From an uncultured Verrucomicrobia subdivision 3 bacterium (GTDB taxonomy: Bacteria; Verrucomicrobiota; Verrucomicrobiia; Limisphaerales; UBA11358), in contig CAIMLG010000059.1 in NCBI GenBank assembly GCA_903842235.1, positions 14,125 to 78,124 on the forward strand: DNA of 64,000 nucleotides. The letters run 5' to 3'. Positions within the stretch are counted from its first letter, which is position 1, and each line of letters opens with the position of its first letter. The notes under the pieces were generated by a model. That model did no database searches and was not told where the DNA came from. It saw nothing but the letters and a program-made list of their open reading frames with translations. Of this stretch, positions 40,880 through 51,892 are shown one piece after another. The position numbers were made by a program, and so were the translations under genes.

Positions 40880-43035
40880 GCCCGCGTCTGCCTGGATTCC
40901 CAAAACCGCCTCTGGGCCACCGAAGCGGGCTTGAACATCTGTGCGGCCACGGCCCAGACGCCCCAGCTCATTCACCCCATCGTGGTGGACGAACTCTGGC
41001 CCAGCAGCAACGCCACCAACCGCCTGCCCGTCTCCCTGATTGAGGACAGTCGCGGAAGAATCTGGTTCTGGTCGAGCTGCCGGCTGGGCGATGATTCGCG
41101 CGGTGCAGTGCGCGGCGTTTTGCTTGAGGAAAACGGAGCCGTCACCCATCACCCGACCCTCGACGGCGTAACGGACGGACGGATTTCGGTCATCGCGCCC
41201 CTCGGCAAAACCAATCTCTGGCTCGCCGTGCGGGAGGCGGGAATTTTTGCCGTGAACCTGGAAACCCTGCACGGTTCGCCGGTGACCGAGCCGGAGCCCG
41301 GCGCGCTGGGCGGGGTGCATTCCATATTTCAGGACGGCGAAGATATTTACGTCATTGCCGGCCGGCCGGGGACCTTTGATGAGCAAGGCCGGCAAAACAC
41401 GCTCTGGCGCCAACGGGCGGGCACCTGGAAAAAAATCATCAGCGGCCTCGACAGCGCCGGCACGGCGGAACAATTCGCGGAGCGCCATTGGTGCTTCACG
41501 GCGGACGGCCTGTGGCTCGGCGCCTTCGGCACCGGCGGCTGGTTCGTGCCGCGCCCCGACGGCGAGCCCCGCCAGCTTGCGTGGCAAGCCGGTTCGCCGT
41601 TCGACACCCTCCACCGCTGGTTTCAGCTCAAGAACGGCCAGATGCTGGCCCTGCAATTTGGCCGCGGCGGGCTGCTGGCAGATGCCGCGCTACTGACGGC
41701 CCAACCGACCCAAGCCACGGCAACCATTCTCCAACTGGACCGGCCCCTGATCCAAACGACGGACGGAAAAATCTTTGCCATCCGGCGCGGAAACCAAGCC
41801 GCCTTGAGCGAATGGGATGGCCAACAGTGGCAGCCGCATCCTTTCCCCAACCCCCTTGGCTTGTGGGGCAACAGCCGCATCATCACCGACGCAAAAAACC
41901 GCGTCTGGCTGATTGACGCCAACTACAATCCGGATCCGACTTTGGCGCCGACTTGGATTTTTGACCCGGGGCCGGGGAAATTCCAAATTTTCTCCAATTT
42001 CCGCTCCGCGCTTCAAGCCCAGGTGAGCCAGCTCGCCGGCACGCCGCTGGGCAACCCGGTCGCGCCCAGCGCCGTTTTGGCGGGCGACGGTCGCATCAGC
42101 TACACGGAGCAGAACGCCCGGCTGCATTATTTCAACGGCCACGAATGGCGGGCGTGGAATTACTATCAAATCGCGAACAATGGCATGTGGGGCACCGGCG
42201 ACCGCGTGCCATTCTTCGGCCGGGACGGGAAGCTCGCCATCGAATTCAATGGCGTCGTCTGGCAATTTGACGAACTGGAGGGCTGGAAAAAATCCACCCA
42301 GTCAGCCCCCAAAAACGCCGCCCCCACCACGGCCACCGCCGCCACGCCCAACGTGCCGGAGGCCAGTTCCCTGGTGGCGGACCCGCGCGGGATTTATTGG
42401 GCCGTGGCGCGCCAGCAACTTTACCGGGCCGGCTACGGATTGCGCGCCGCCGTGTTCCCGCCCAGCGAACCGCAGCCGTTTGCCGACGGCCGCAAGCTGA
42501 CCGGCGTGATGGTGGATCATTTCGGCAACGCCTTTCTGCAAACCAGCCTGGCTGGCCGGGAAGAGACCGTTTTCGTTCCCGCCCGGGCGCCGCTGCCAAA
42601 AACCCAAATCCAAAGACCCGCCCCGAGCCGGGACGACACCACCCTGGAACTATCGGCTCCGCTGGTGGCGCAGCCGCGCTTTGTCTGGCGCACGGACGGC
42701 GGCCCCTGGAGTGACGCCACCACAAATGCGGTGCTGCAGCTCGATGATTTGGAGGCCGCCCAGCACCGGGTGGAGGTGTTGACCTTGAACGAACAGCTGC
42801 AAACCGATCCCGCGCCCGCCACGTTCACCCTCGAGGTCCGCCAAAATCCTGCCCAGCGCTTCAGCAGTTCATCGCCCAGCTCGGAGAGGCGGATTACAAC
42901 CGCCGCGAGGCGGCCATCGTCTGGCTGGCCCGCCATCGCGAACTGGCTTTGCCACAGTTGCAAACGCAGCTGGCGCGGGAAACCAATGCCGATCGCCGCT
43001 GGTGGCTGCAGGCAGCCCTTCAGCAGTGCCAGTGA
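40880..43035 (+). pseudogene. beta-propeller (two-component-regulator-propeller-like) plus Y_Y_Y/Ig-like protein body, fused 5' to the integrase remnant and frameshifted near 42857
   Basis: Blade-like repeats SLIEDSRGRIWFWS, TNLWLAVREAGIFAV, DGLWLGAFGTGGWF, DAKNRVWLID, plus FVWRTDGGPWSD...HRVEVLTL. The plausible C-terminus continues in frame +1 to TGA 43033-43035. Confidence 0.6.
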
Positions 43036-43091
43036 CCGGCGAAGTTTTCCGGAGCATTTTTCGCGGGACGCCGTCCAATGAATCGGCTATT

Positions 43092-43097
43092 TATAAT
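43092..43097 (+). promoter_or_regulatory. TATAAT -10-like hexamer upstream of the DUF4139-like gene
   Basis: Exact tataat in an AT-rich stretch 23 nt before ATG 43120; no good -35 seen. Confidence 0.2.
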
Positions 43098-43119
43098 ATC
43101 CAGCCAACCGAATTATATT

Positions 43120-44565
43120 ATGAAAACACTCACCACCCTCCTCACGCTCGGCGCGGCGGCCACCTGCACGGGGCTTGCTGAACCGGCGCTCACGATCTAC
43201 AACCAAAACTTTGCCGTGGTGCGCGACACCGTGGCGCTGGACCTGAAAGCCGGGCCAAACGAAGTTCGCTATGCCGGGGCCACCGCACAGGTGGAGCCGG
43301 ATTCCGTCATCCTGCGCGATCCGGCGGGCAAACGGTCGCTCCAGATTCTGGAACAAAATTACCGCAACGATCCCGTTTCCCAGGAAATGCTGCTCTCGTA
43401 TTTTGAAGGCAAGACGATTGATTTTCAAAATATTCGCACCAAGGACAACACCCAGATCCGGGAATTGATTCCCGGCAAAGTTATCCGCAGCGGCTTTGTG
43501 CCCGGCGGGGAGATCCAGCAGCCGGTCATCGAAGTGGCGGGCAAATTGCAGTTCTCGCTCCCCGGCCAGCCGCTCTTTCCCGACCTCGGCGACGATACGA
43601 TTCTGAAACCGGCGTTCAACTGGGTGCTCCAGCCGGACAAGGCCGGCAAGGTGGACGCCGAAGTCGGCTATGTCACCGCCGGCTTCGATTGGAGCGCCAG
43701 CTACAATCTCATCTCGCCGGAGAAAGGCGATTATGTGGATGTGGTCGGCTGGATCACCATGAATAACACCAGCGGCAAGACGTTTGAGAAGGCCAAAATC
43801 CAGCTCATGGCCGGCGACGTGAATAAAATCCAGCCCGCGCCCGCCCGCCCCATGTTCAAAGCCCGGGCCGTGGGCATGGCGATGGCCATGGCGGAAGACG
43901 GCCAGGCCGTCTCCGAAAAAGCGTTTGACGAATTCCACCTCTACTCGATTGCCCGCCCGACCACACTGCACGATCACGAGACCAAGCAGGTGGAATTTGT
44001 CCACGCCGAGAAAATGTATGCGCCGACGATCTATGTTTATGACGGCGCGGAAGGCTATCGGTTTTACGGTTTGAACGCCGACCGCGGCTACGGCCAGACC
44101 GGCAACAAGAAAGTCACCGTGATGCGCGAGTTTGTGAACGCAGAGACGAATCACCTGGGCGTAGCGCTGCCCAAGGGCAAGCTGCGCTTCTATCGCCGCG
44201 ATGCCGACAGCCAGCTGCAGTTTGTGGGCGAGAATCAGATTGACCACACGCCACGCAATGAGACGGTGCGCGTGACGACGGGCAATGCGTTTGACCTGGT
44301 GGGCGAGCGCAAGCAGACCAATTTCAAGACGGACAATGCGGAAAAATGGATCAATGAAACCTTTGAGATCAAGCTCCGCAACCGCAAGAAAGACACGGCG
44401 GTGGAATTCCGCGTGGTGGAACATCTCTACCGCTGGAGCAACTGGAGCCTCACCGCGCAATCGGATCCCTTCACCAAGAAAGACGCGCAGACCATCGAAT
44501 TCCGCGTCCCAGTCCAGCCCGACGAGGAAAAGGTCGTGACCTACACGGTGCATTATTCCTGGTAA
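43120..44565 (+). CDS. secreted DUF4139/MuiA-like protein
   Basis: Signal peptide MKTLTTLLTLGAAATCTG; ...LTIYNQNFAVVRDTVALDLKAGPNEV... The family assignment is from memory of the DUF4139 N-terminal pattern. Confidence 0.7.
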   Translation: MKTLTTLLTLGAAATCTGLAEPALTIYNQNFAVVRDTVALDLKAGPNEVRYAGATAQVEPDSVILRDPAGKRSLQILEQNYRNDPVSQEMLLSYFEGKTIDFQNIRTKDNTQIRELIPGKVIRSGFVPGGEIQQPVIEVAGKLQFSLPGQPLFPDLGDDTILKPAFNWVLQPDKAGKVDAEVGYVTAGFDWSASYNLISPEKGDYVDVVGWITMNNTSGKTFEKAKIQLMAGDVNKIQPAPARPMFKARAVGMAMAMAEDGQAVSEKAFDEFHLYSIARPTTLHDHETKQVEFVHAEKMYAPTIYVYDGAEGYRFYGLNADRGYGQTGNKKVTVMREFVNAETNHLGVALPKGKLRFYRRDADSQLQFVGENQIDHTPRNETVRVTTGNAFDLVGERKQTNFKTDNAEKWINETFEIKLRNRKKDTAVEFRVVEHLYRWSNWSLTAQSDPFTKKDAQTIEFRVPVQPDEEKVVTYTVHYSW

Positions 44566-44590
44566 GCAGGCCAGACCAAGGGGCACCGAG

Positions 44591-46180
44591 ATGCAATTAT
44601 TCATGGGCAGATACTGGGTTGTAATCCTACTGATGTTGTCGGTATTCCGTCCGTCGGCACGGGCGGACGGAAAAGTATTTGCGCAACCAATCGCCACGTC
44701 TGTGACCACGCCCGACCAGCGGGCCATGCTGTATTACTCCAATGGCGTGGAGCGGTTGGTGATTGAAACCTCTTTTGTGGGCGCGGGAACAAATTTCGCT
44801 TGGGTCGTTCCCCTGCCCGCTCCGCCCAGGATCGAAGCCGTCGCCACCAACTTCTTCAGTTGTCTGAATCTGGCATATCAACCGCATCTGATCCGCGAGG
44901 CCGACCCGTGGTGGTTATTGTTTCTGCTCGTGGGATACGCTGTGGGCACGGGCATTTGGGCGTATCGGCGAAAACATTTAGAGCGGTGGTTTTGGTATAA
45001 CTTGTTGATATTTGTTTTATTGCTCCTTCTGCTGCCCATGTTTGCCACAGCGGGTCTTAGCGCCAGATCGGCAGCGAGCACTTCATCTATCAACGGCATC
45101 AACGTGCTTGAACGGCAGAGCGTCGGCATATACAACACGGTCACGCTTTCGGGGACAAACGGCACGGCCCTGCTGGATTGGCTGAATGCTAATGGTTTTG
45201 CCACCCCTAAATCGGCGTTGCCCGCCATCACCAGCTATGCGGCGCAGGGCTGGGTCTTTGTCGCCGCCACGGTCAACCGCGAGGTGTCGGCGGGCACCAG
45301 CAGCCGGCCACACCCGCTTTGTTTCACATTCAAAACTGATAAAGCAGTATATCCGCTAAAGCTTACGGGCGTGGAAAATCCACAATGCACGATTGAACTG
45401 TTCGTCTTCGGGCCGGAACGGGCCGAGGCTCCCGGGTTTCGGGTGGAATACTGCGGAATTCCAGCCGCCAGCCAGCCAGCCGCCAAAGACGAATGGTTTC
45501 AACAGCGGGAACTATTTGGCGCCGCCCGCCCGGGCGATTTCAAGTTTGGCAACCCGGAAGTTCTTCGGCTCGCCTTCCCCGCGACGGTCACCACCCGGCT
45601 GGTGGGCACATTAACCGCCGAACAAATGCAGTCGGATGCCTGGATCAGCTGGTCACCATTTCAGCCGGTTGTGCCGACTTATCACACCCGGTCAGCCGCT
45701 CTCGGCGCGACCTGCAACTGGCTAACAGGGATTTGGGTGCCGGGCCTGCTATTGCTAAAGATTTTTTCACCGCACCTCCAGCGAAAACCCATTATTCGCG
45801 CATGTTTGATTATCCTCCTGCTAGGAGCGGCTTGTGGATTCATCCGCTACCATAGCATTAAAACTATCGAGGTTACCTATATCCGCGGTGGGTGGTTTCG
45901 TGCTGTGAACAATGTTAAAGAACTCAACCTTGCCATTGAACTATTTACCAAGGAACGAACCAACTCAGCCCCGCTTACGGAAGATTCATTTCTGTCCGAA
46001 TTCCAAAAAGGCGATGATTACGTTAGGGTGAAAAACGCCTTTACGAGCCAACCCCTGCGCTGCGAACCAACCCCAGGCAACATCACACTCCAAGCCTCCA
46101 AAATCACCAACGGCTTGGATGTGTTCTGGTATGACATTCATGGCGCACCGCACAAATTGGCATCTTTCCCGGCGAAATAA
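44591..46180 (+). CDS. DUF2330-like secreted/membrane protein with C-terminal extension
   Basis: Signal peptide; ...RAMLYYSNGVERLVIETSF...WVVPLPAPP...; YNTVTLSGTNGTALLDWLNANGFATP...AAQGWVFVAATV; internal TM helices. Confidence 0.65.
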   Translation: MQLFMGRYWVVILLMLSVFRPSARADGKVFAQPIATSVTTPDQRAMLYYSNGVERLVIETSFVGAGTNFAWVVPLPAPPRIEAVATNFFSCLNLAYQPHLIREADPWWLLFLLVGYAVGTGIWAYRRKHLERWFWYNLLIFVLLLLLLPMFATAGLSARSAASTSSINGINVLERQSVGIYNTVTLSGTNGTALLDWLNANGFATPKSALPAITSYAAQGWVFVAATVNREVSAGTSSRPHPLCFTFKTDKAVYPLKLTGVENPQCTIELFVFGPERAEAPGFRVEYCGIPAASQPAAKDEWFQQRELFGAARPGDFKFGNPEVLRLAFPATVTTRLVGTLTAEQMQSDAWISWSPFQPVVPTYHTRSAALGATCNWLTGIWVPGLLLLKIFSPHLQRKPIIRACLIILLLGAACGFIRYHSIKTIEVTYIRGGWFRAVNNVKELNLAIELFTKERTNSAPLTEDSFLSEFQKGDDYVRVKNAFTSQPLRCEPTPGNITLQASKITNGLDVFWYDIHGAPHKLASFPAK

Positions 46181-46285
46181 GGCCGCCCCCGCAAATCAGA
46201 TGGACAATTTTTCGCCACGATTTAAGCTCGGGCTCCTATCACCGCGGTCTGAACCAACGGGCGATAGCCATTACACATATTGACC

Positions 46286-47629
46286 ATGAAAAACCTCCGA
46301 CTGAATGCCCTGTTCACTGCCAGCCTCGTCGCAGCCAGCCTCGTCCTGAATTTTTCCGGCGCGGGGCGGGCGGCGGATTACGAAGCGAAGCCGAACGATC
46401 CCTATTTCTCCAAGTTTAATCCGCGCAAAGCCCCGACCCCCGGCCCGCTGTTGCTAAAGCAAGGCGACCGCCTCGCCATCATCGGCGATTCCATCACCGA
46501 GCAGCGGATGTATTCGCGCATCATCGAGACTTACCTGACGGCCTGCGTGCCGGAACTCCAGATCACCGCGCGGCAATACGGCTGGAGCGGCGAGACGGCG
46601 GAAGGTTTTCTGGGCCGCCTGACCAACGATTGCCTGCGCTTCAAGCCGACCGTTGCCACCACCAGCTACGGGATGAACGATCATAAGTATCGGCCATTCG
46701 ATGTCGAGAATGCCGATTGGTATCTCAAAAAGTATACCGCCGTGGTGCGCGGACTGGAAGGAGCCGGCGCCCGCGTGGTGGTCGGCCCGGCGGGCAGCAT
46801 CGGCCAAATGCCGCCGTGGGTGAAAAACCGGACGATCACAGTGGATGAAATGAACATCAGCCTGTGCGCCTTCCGGGACCTGGACATTGCCATGGCCAAA
46901 CAACTGAACGCCCGGTTTGCCGACGTGTTCTGGACCATGTTCAAGGCCGCTTACGAGGGCCAGAAGCGCTACGGCACGACGGATGCGCCTTACATCCTGG
47001 CCGGCAAAAAAGACGGGGTGCATCCGGACTGGGCGGGCCACCTCGTCATGGCCTACACCTACCTACGGGCGCTGGGCTTGGACGGCAACCTCGGCACGCT
47101 CACCTTGGATCTGGGCGCGCAAACCGCCACGGCCACGGCCGGGCACACGGTGGAAAGCTTCAAAAACAACGAATTGACCGTCGTGAGCACTAAATATCCT
47201 TTCTGCGCCGGCGGGGAAACGAACCGCTCCAGCGCCATCCGTTCCGGCACCACGCTGGTGCCCTTCTTCCAAGAATTAAGCCGGTTCCAGCTCGTGGTGA
47301 AAAACGCCCCGGCGGCGCAATATCAAATCGTCTGGGGCAGCAGCACCAATGTTTACCCCGCCGCCCAGCTCGCCGCCGGCATCAACCTCGCGGCCGACTT
47401 CGTGGACAATCCGTTCTGCGCCGCCTTCCAGAAGGTGGATGAAGCCGTCGCCGCCAAACAGGCTTACGAAACGCATCAAATCAAAGGCGTTTTCCACGGC
47501 GAGGAAGGCAAAGCCGACATGGCCAAAGCCGTCGAGCGCACCGAAGCCGAACGCGCCCCGCTCGCGGCCGCCATCGCCGCCGCGCGGGTGCCGGTGCGGC
47601 ACACCCTCACGATCCAGGCCGTTCAATAG
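46286..47629 (+). CDS. secreted SGNH/GDSL hydrolase family protein
   Basis: Signal peptide MKNLRLNALFTASLVAASLVLN; block I RLAIIGDSITEQ; block V KKDGVHPD. Confidence 0.8.
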   Translation: MKNLRLNALFTASLVAASLVLNFSGAGRAADYEAKPNDPYFSKFNPRKAPTPGPLLLKQGDRLAIIGDSITEQRMYSRIIETYLTACVPELQITARQYGWSGETAEGFLGRLTNDCLRFKPTVATTSYGMNDHKYRPFDVENADWYLKKYTAVVRGLEGAGARVVVGPAGSIGQMPPWVKNRTITVDEMNISLCAFRDLDIAMAKQLNARFADVFWTMFKAAYEGQKRYGTTDAPYILAGKKDGVHPDWAGHLVMAYTYLRALGLDGNLGTLTLDLGAQTATATAGHTVESFKNNELTVVSTKYPFCAGGETNRSSAIRSGTTLVPFFQELSRFQLVVKNAPAAQYQIVWGSSTNVYPAAQLAAGINLAADFVDNPFCAAFQKVDEAVAAKQAYETHQIKGVFHGEEGKADMAKAVERTEAERAPLAAAIAAARVPVRHTLTIQAVQ

Positions 47630-47650
47630 GCCCCTCCGGATTCAATAACG

Positions 47651-47690
47651 AACGCGCCGGGCAATTCATTGCCCGGCGCGTTTGGTTTGA
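47651..47690. terminator. bidirectional rho-independent-type terminator
   Basis: Perfect 14-bp stem aacgcgccgggcaa/ttgcccggcgcgtt with a 4-nt loop, then tggttt; between convergent genes ending at 47629(+) and 47706(-). Confidence 0.85.
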
Positions 47691-47705
47691 TCAAGCGAAT
47701 TCAGA

Positions 47706-50700
47706 CTACGCGGCCATGGGCTCAGCCAGCGCCGGCAACGGCGGCGTTTCTTCCGCCTGGTGGAACTTCACGCTGACGATCTTGCTGATGCCGTGCTCCT
47801 GCATCGTCACCCCGTAAAGCACATCCGCCATGCCAATGGTGCGCTTGTTGTGCGTGATGATGACAAACTGCGAATGGGCCAGGAACCGCTGCAGAATCTT
47901 CACGAAGCGGATGACGTTGGATTCGTCCAGCGGCGCGTCCAACTCGTCCAGCACGCAGAACGGGCTGGGCTTGACCTGATAGATCGAGAACAGCAGAGAC
48001 ACGGCCACCATCGTCTGCTCGCCGCCGGACAGCAGCGAGATGCTCTGCAACTGCTTGCCGGGCGGCCGGGCAACGATCTCAATGCCGCTTTCCAGCACGT
48101 CATTTTCGTCGGAAAGAATGAGGTCGGCCTTGCCGCCGCCGAACACGTCCACAAACATCGCCCGGAAATTGTCGCGGATCTTCTCAAAGGTCTCGAGGAA
48201 CATCTGCCGGGTCTGCGTGTTGATGCGGTTGATGATCTCCAGCAACTGCGTCTTGGCCTTCACCAAGTCATCATACTGCTGCGAGAGAAATTGGTGCCGC
48301 TGCTCGGTCTCCTCGTATTCCTCAATGGCCACGAGATTGACCGGCCCCATTTCATCAATTCGGGTCTGCAACACCTGCACTTGTTCACCGATGACACGCC
48401 AATCCGTGCCCACGCCACTGGCGGCCATTTCCTCGGGGGAAAGCGTTTCGACCTTCGGCTGACCCTCGTCCGCGTGCGTGATGGTGATGCATTCGCTGCG
48501 GATGTCTTCGAGGTTGAGATGATACTTCTGCTGCACTTTCTCGCGCAGGTTCGCAACGCTCATGTTTTTTTGCGCCAGTTCCACGTCTAAAGTGCCGCGC
48601 TGATTCTGAAGGTCGGTCAGGCGGCTGCGCTGCGAACGCAACGTTTCGTCGCGCCCGAAAATTTCCCCTTCCTGCGTATTTTTGAGGGCGATGGTCTCGG
48701 CCGTTTGGGCACTGACCTGTTCGCGCTCGTGCTGCAACGTTTCAATTTTCGCCTGGGAATCGAGAATCTCGGATTCCGCCTGCTCTTGGCGGGAGACAAA
48801 CGAGGAGCATTCCTGGCGGCGCACTTCCACCAACTGGCTCAATTCGCCCAAGCGATGGCCCAGGGCGGTTTTCTGCTGGCGGAACGACGAGGCCAACTGC
48901 TCATCCGTAGCCAGGGCAATCTTGCTCTCGGACAAAGCGGCCAGCGCAGCATCGCGCGCGGCGCGGAGATTTTCCAACTCGGTGGTCAGGGCCGCTACCT
49001 GCCCCTGCGCGGTTTGCTCACGCGCCTCGAGTTCATTCAAGCGCACCGCGAGCGCCTCCCGTTTCTGGAAACCTTCCTGATCCTGGGCGGCGAGGCTGTC
49101 CACCTCGAACATCACGGTCTCAATCTTCTGATTCAGCAGGCGGTTGGAATGGGTCAGGGCGTTGAATTCGCCTGCGCGCGTGGCGATGGCGACTTCCTGC
49201 TGGCGCAATTCCGTCTGCGCCTGCTGCAGGCTGGCCTGTAATTCCGTCTGCTCGCTCAACAGCGCCCCGCGCTTGCGGCTGGCGGCTTCCACGAGCAACT
49301 GCAGGCCGGCCAGTTCATTCTGCAGTTCGGTTATCTGGTTTTTGCGGCCCAGGATGGACGACGGCGCCCGGCCGTTATGGCCTTGGTTCAAATAGCCACC
49401 CGTATAGATGCCATGGCGGTTCAGCAGGTCGCCGCCGAGCGTCACAAAATCACAACCGGCATGGCCGTTTTGGATTTGCGCCGTGGCCGTGCCCAGATCG
49501 GCCGCGATGAACGTGCGGCCCAGCAAGGATTTCAACAGCGGCTCCACCGAGGGCTCGGCTTGGATCACGCTCATGGCGTGCACCACCTGCCCGCTCGGCA
49601 GCTCGTTCACCGGGCCGGACGCCGGCGCCATATCGCCCTCAAAGAACAGCTGCTTCTCATCCTTGTATTGCTGGATGGCCAGCGCGGCGATGCTGGCCCG
49701 CCCGGACTTATTGGCATTCAGCTCCGCCAGAATTTCCTGGGCGCTGGCGGGCTGTTCGGTGAGAATCAGCTGCAGGTTGTGACCCAGCACGTTTTCGACC
49801 GCGGTCACGAAATGATCCGGCACGCGAATGCGATCCGCGAGCGAACCGAGGACGGAACGCGACTGGCGCAACGCGGCCACCGCCCCGGCGTCGAAGCCCT
49901 CGTGCGAGCCTTCCAGCTGTTCCAAAACATGCAAGCGGGAGCGCTTTTCCGCCTGCTGCTGCAAAAACCCATCCTGCTCCTGCGACGAGGTGTGCAGTTC
50001 GCCCAGCAATTCGTGCAACCGGCTCTGGCGCTGCTCGACGGAGCCGCGCGTGGTGGCAACGTTCAGTTTTTCCAGCTCCACACTGGCGGTAAATTCCAGC
50101 AGGCGGGATTCGAGGCGCACCCGCTCCGCTTCGAGCTGAACCTTCTCGGCGGAAAGCTTTTCCAAGCGGATGAGATGGCCCTGCTTGGCGAGGTCAAGCG
50201 CGGCCAGTTCGTTGCGGACGCGGGACAAATCCTGCGCGGCGCCAAAGGCGGCGGACTGCGCCTGACGCAAGGTTTCCGACTGCTGCCGGAGGCGGTCCTC
50301 CACCTCCCGCAACGAATTCTGTTTGGCTTGCAGGGCTTCGCGATGCTGGCCCAGCGCGGCTTCGGCGGCAGCCAGCTTCCCGGTGATGACCGCGACTTCC
50401 TCCTGCGCGGCGCGGTGGCGCTCCTCGGCTTGGGCGATCTCTTCCAGCGCCCTCAGGTTCTGCGATTCAACCTCGTGGATGCGCTCCTGATTGAAATGAA
50501 TGCGGCTTTCATGGCGCTCGGCTTCGCCCTTGAGCTCCAGCCCCCGCTGCTGCTGCGCCGCGACCTGATGTTCCAGCTCCGAAAGCAATTCGCGCAACTT
50601 TGAGATTTCATTTTCAAACCGGAGAATGTCGTTGGAGCCGGTTTCAATTTCGCTGCGGAGATTTTCGACCGCCGCCTGACGCTCATTGAGCTCGCCCTGC

Positions 50701-51428
50701 AGCACGTCGAATTGATGCCGCGCGAGCTGGGTTTCAAGATGCTGAAGCTCCTGGGAAATTTGTTGGTAGCGCCGCGCTTTGCCAGCCTGGCGCTGCAGGG
50801 AACCGATCTGGCGCTTGACTTCCTTGATCGTGTCGGCGATGCGCAGGAGATTCTGCTCGGTGTATTCCAGCTTGCGGAGCGATTCTTTCTTCTGCGATTT
50901 GAATTTCGTGATGCCGGCCGCTTCCTCAAAAATCATCCGGCGATCCTCCGGCTTGCTGGAAAGAATCTGCGTGATGTGGCCCTGCGCCAGAATGCTGTAG
51001 CTGGTGCGGCCAATGCCGGTGCCCATGAACAACTGCTGAATGTCCTTGAGCCGGCAGGGCGTGCGGTTCAGAAAATATTCACTGCCGCCGTCCCGGAAGA
51101 TCCGGCGCGTGAGCGTGACTTCATCGTAGCTGACAGCCACGCCGGCCGCCTTGAGGCTGTCCTCCCCGACCCCACCGAGCGTCAGCGATACTTCCGCCAT
51201 GCCCACCGGTTTGCGGCCGTCGGTGCCATTAAAAATCACATCGGCCATTTCACCGCCGCGCAACGCCTTGGCGGACTGTTCGCCGAGCACCCAACGGATG
51301 GCGTCCGAGACGTTGGATTTACCACAACCGTTCGGCCCGACAATGGCCGTCACCCCGGGCTGAAAATTCAGCGCCGTCTTGTCGGCAAAGGACTTGAAGC
51401 CGAAAACTGTGAGATTTTTCAGATACAT
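47706..51428 (-). CDS. smc: chromosome segregation protein SMC
   Basis: [14 protein letters not shown], Walker [11 protein letters not shown], long coiled coils and hinge, signature [15 protein letters not shown], Walker [13 protein letters not shown]. First ATG 51428 (track TTG 51449). Confidence 0.95.
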   Translation of the reverse strand: MYLKNLTVFGFKSFADKTALNFQPGVTAIVGPNGCGKSNVSDAIRWVLGEQSAKALRGGEMADVIFNGTDGRKPVGMAEVSLTLGGVGEDSLKAAGVAVSYDEVTLTRRIFRDGGSEYFLNRTPCRLKDIQQLFMGTGIGRTSYSILAQGHITQILSSKPEDRRMIFEEAAGITKFKSQKKESLRKLEYTEQNLLRIADTIKEVKRQIGSLQRQAGKARRYQQISQELQHLETQLARHQFDVLQGELNERQAAVENLRSEIETGSNDILRFENEISKLRELLSELEHQVAAQQQRGLELKGEAERHESRIHFNQERIHEVESQNLRALEEIAQAEERHRAAQEEVAVITGKLAAAEAALGQHREALQAKQNSLREVEDRLRQQSETLRQAQSAAFGAAQDLSRVRNELAALDLAKQGHLIRLEKLSAEKVQLEAERVRLESRLLEFTASVELEKLNVATTRGSVEQRQSRLHELLGELHTSSQEQDGFLQQQAEKRSRLHVLEQLEGSHEGFDAGAVAALRQSRSVLGSLADRIRVPDHFVTAVENVLGHNLQLILTEQPASAQEILAELNANKSGRASIAALAIQQYKDEKQLFFEGDMAPASGPVNELPSGQVVHAMSVIQAEPSVEPLLKSLLGRTFIAADLGTATAQIQNGHAGCDFVTLGGDLLNRHGIYTGGYLNQGHNGRAPSSILGRKNQITELQNELAGLQLLVEAASRKRGALLSEQTELQASLQQAQTELRQQEVAIATRAGEFNALTHSNRLLNQKIETVMFEVDSLAAQDQEGFQKREALAVRLNELEAREQTAQGQVAALTTELENLRAARDAALAALSESKIALATDEQLASSFRQQKTALGHRLGELSQLVEVRRQECSSFVSRQEQAESEILDSQAKIETLQHEREQVSAQTAETIALKNTQEGEIFGRDETLRSQRSRLTDLQNQRGTLDVELAQKNMSVANLREKVQQKYHLNLEDIRSECITITHADEGQPKVETLSPEEMAASGVGTDWRVIGEQVQVLQTRIDEMGPVNLVAIEEYEETEQRHQFLSQQYDDLVKAKTQLLEIINRINTQTRQMFLETFEKIRDNFRAMFVDVFGGGKADLILSDENDVLESGIEIVARPPGKQLQSISLLSGGEQTMVAVSLLFSIYQVKPSPFCVLDELDAPLDESNVIRFVKILQRFLAHSQFVIITHNKRTIGMADVLYGVTMQEHGISKIVSVKFHQAEETPPLPALAEPMAA

Positions 51429-51647
51429 AAGCTTACGGGGTCTAGCCAATCAAAGCTGGCGGTTCGTGTAAAGCGGAAAACACAATATGTTGTACACAAT
51501 CCGGCTAGTGGCGCAACTAATGGTGAGGAACCGTGGTTAGGGTTGCGCTAAAATCCGGTGTTATTACCGTTAATTCCACTCTAATTTCGCCTGAAATTGA
51601 GATTGGTCAAATTATATTCTGCCCCCTCCAATGCGAGGTGAAGAAGC

Positions 51648-51657
51648 GGGGGGGGGG
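51648..51657. repeat. G10 homopolymer tract in the smc/epimerase intergenic region
   Basis: aagcGGGGGGGGGGagg; position checked against track ORF 51631..51849. Confidence 0.85.
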
Positions 51658-51892
51658 AGGCCAATTTTTCGGGGGCCGTTCCCCCGGACACATCCTCACT
51701 CGGGAAATCTCAAACTCGGAGCGGGTTTTGAACTGCAAACCGTTTTCTTACAAACCGAGCCGACCCGGCGGCCGCTGCACATATCCATTGAAGCCCGGAC
51801 GCGTCTCCAGTATCGTGACCGGCACCGCGATTGGAACGCCGATCCATGATCCGGCTACAAGCCAACGCGATAAACGAATCACTAGACAATTT

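Noticed and set aside
43087-44727. 546-aa minus-strand ORF
   Set aside because: Antisense to the DUF4139-like gene, with the same GC-rich antisense composition and no recognisable family.
51533-51892. 120-codon N-terminal extension of the epimerase ORF in the track
   Set aside because: The extension starts at a non-ATG codon, crosses the G10 tract and AT-rich DNA, and has no homology by eye. The Rossmann fold begins right after ATG 51893.
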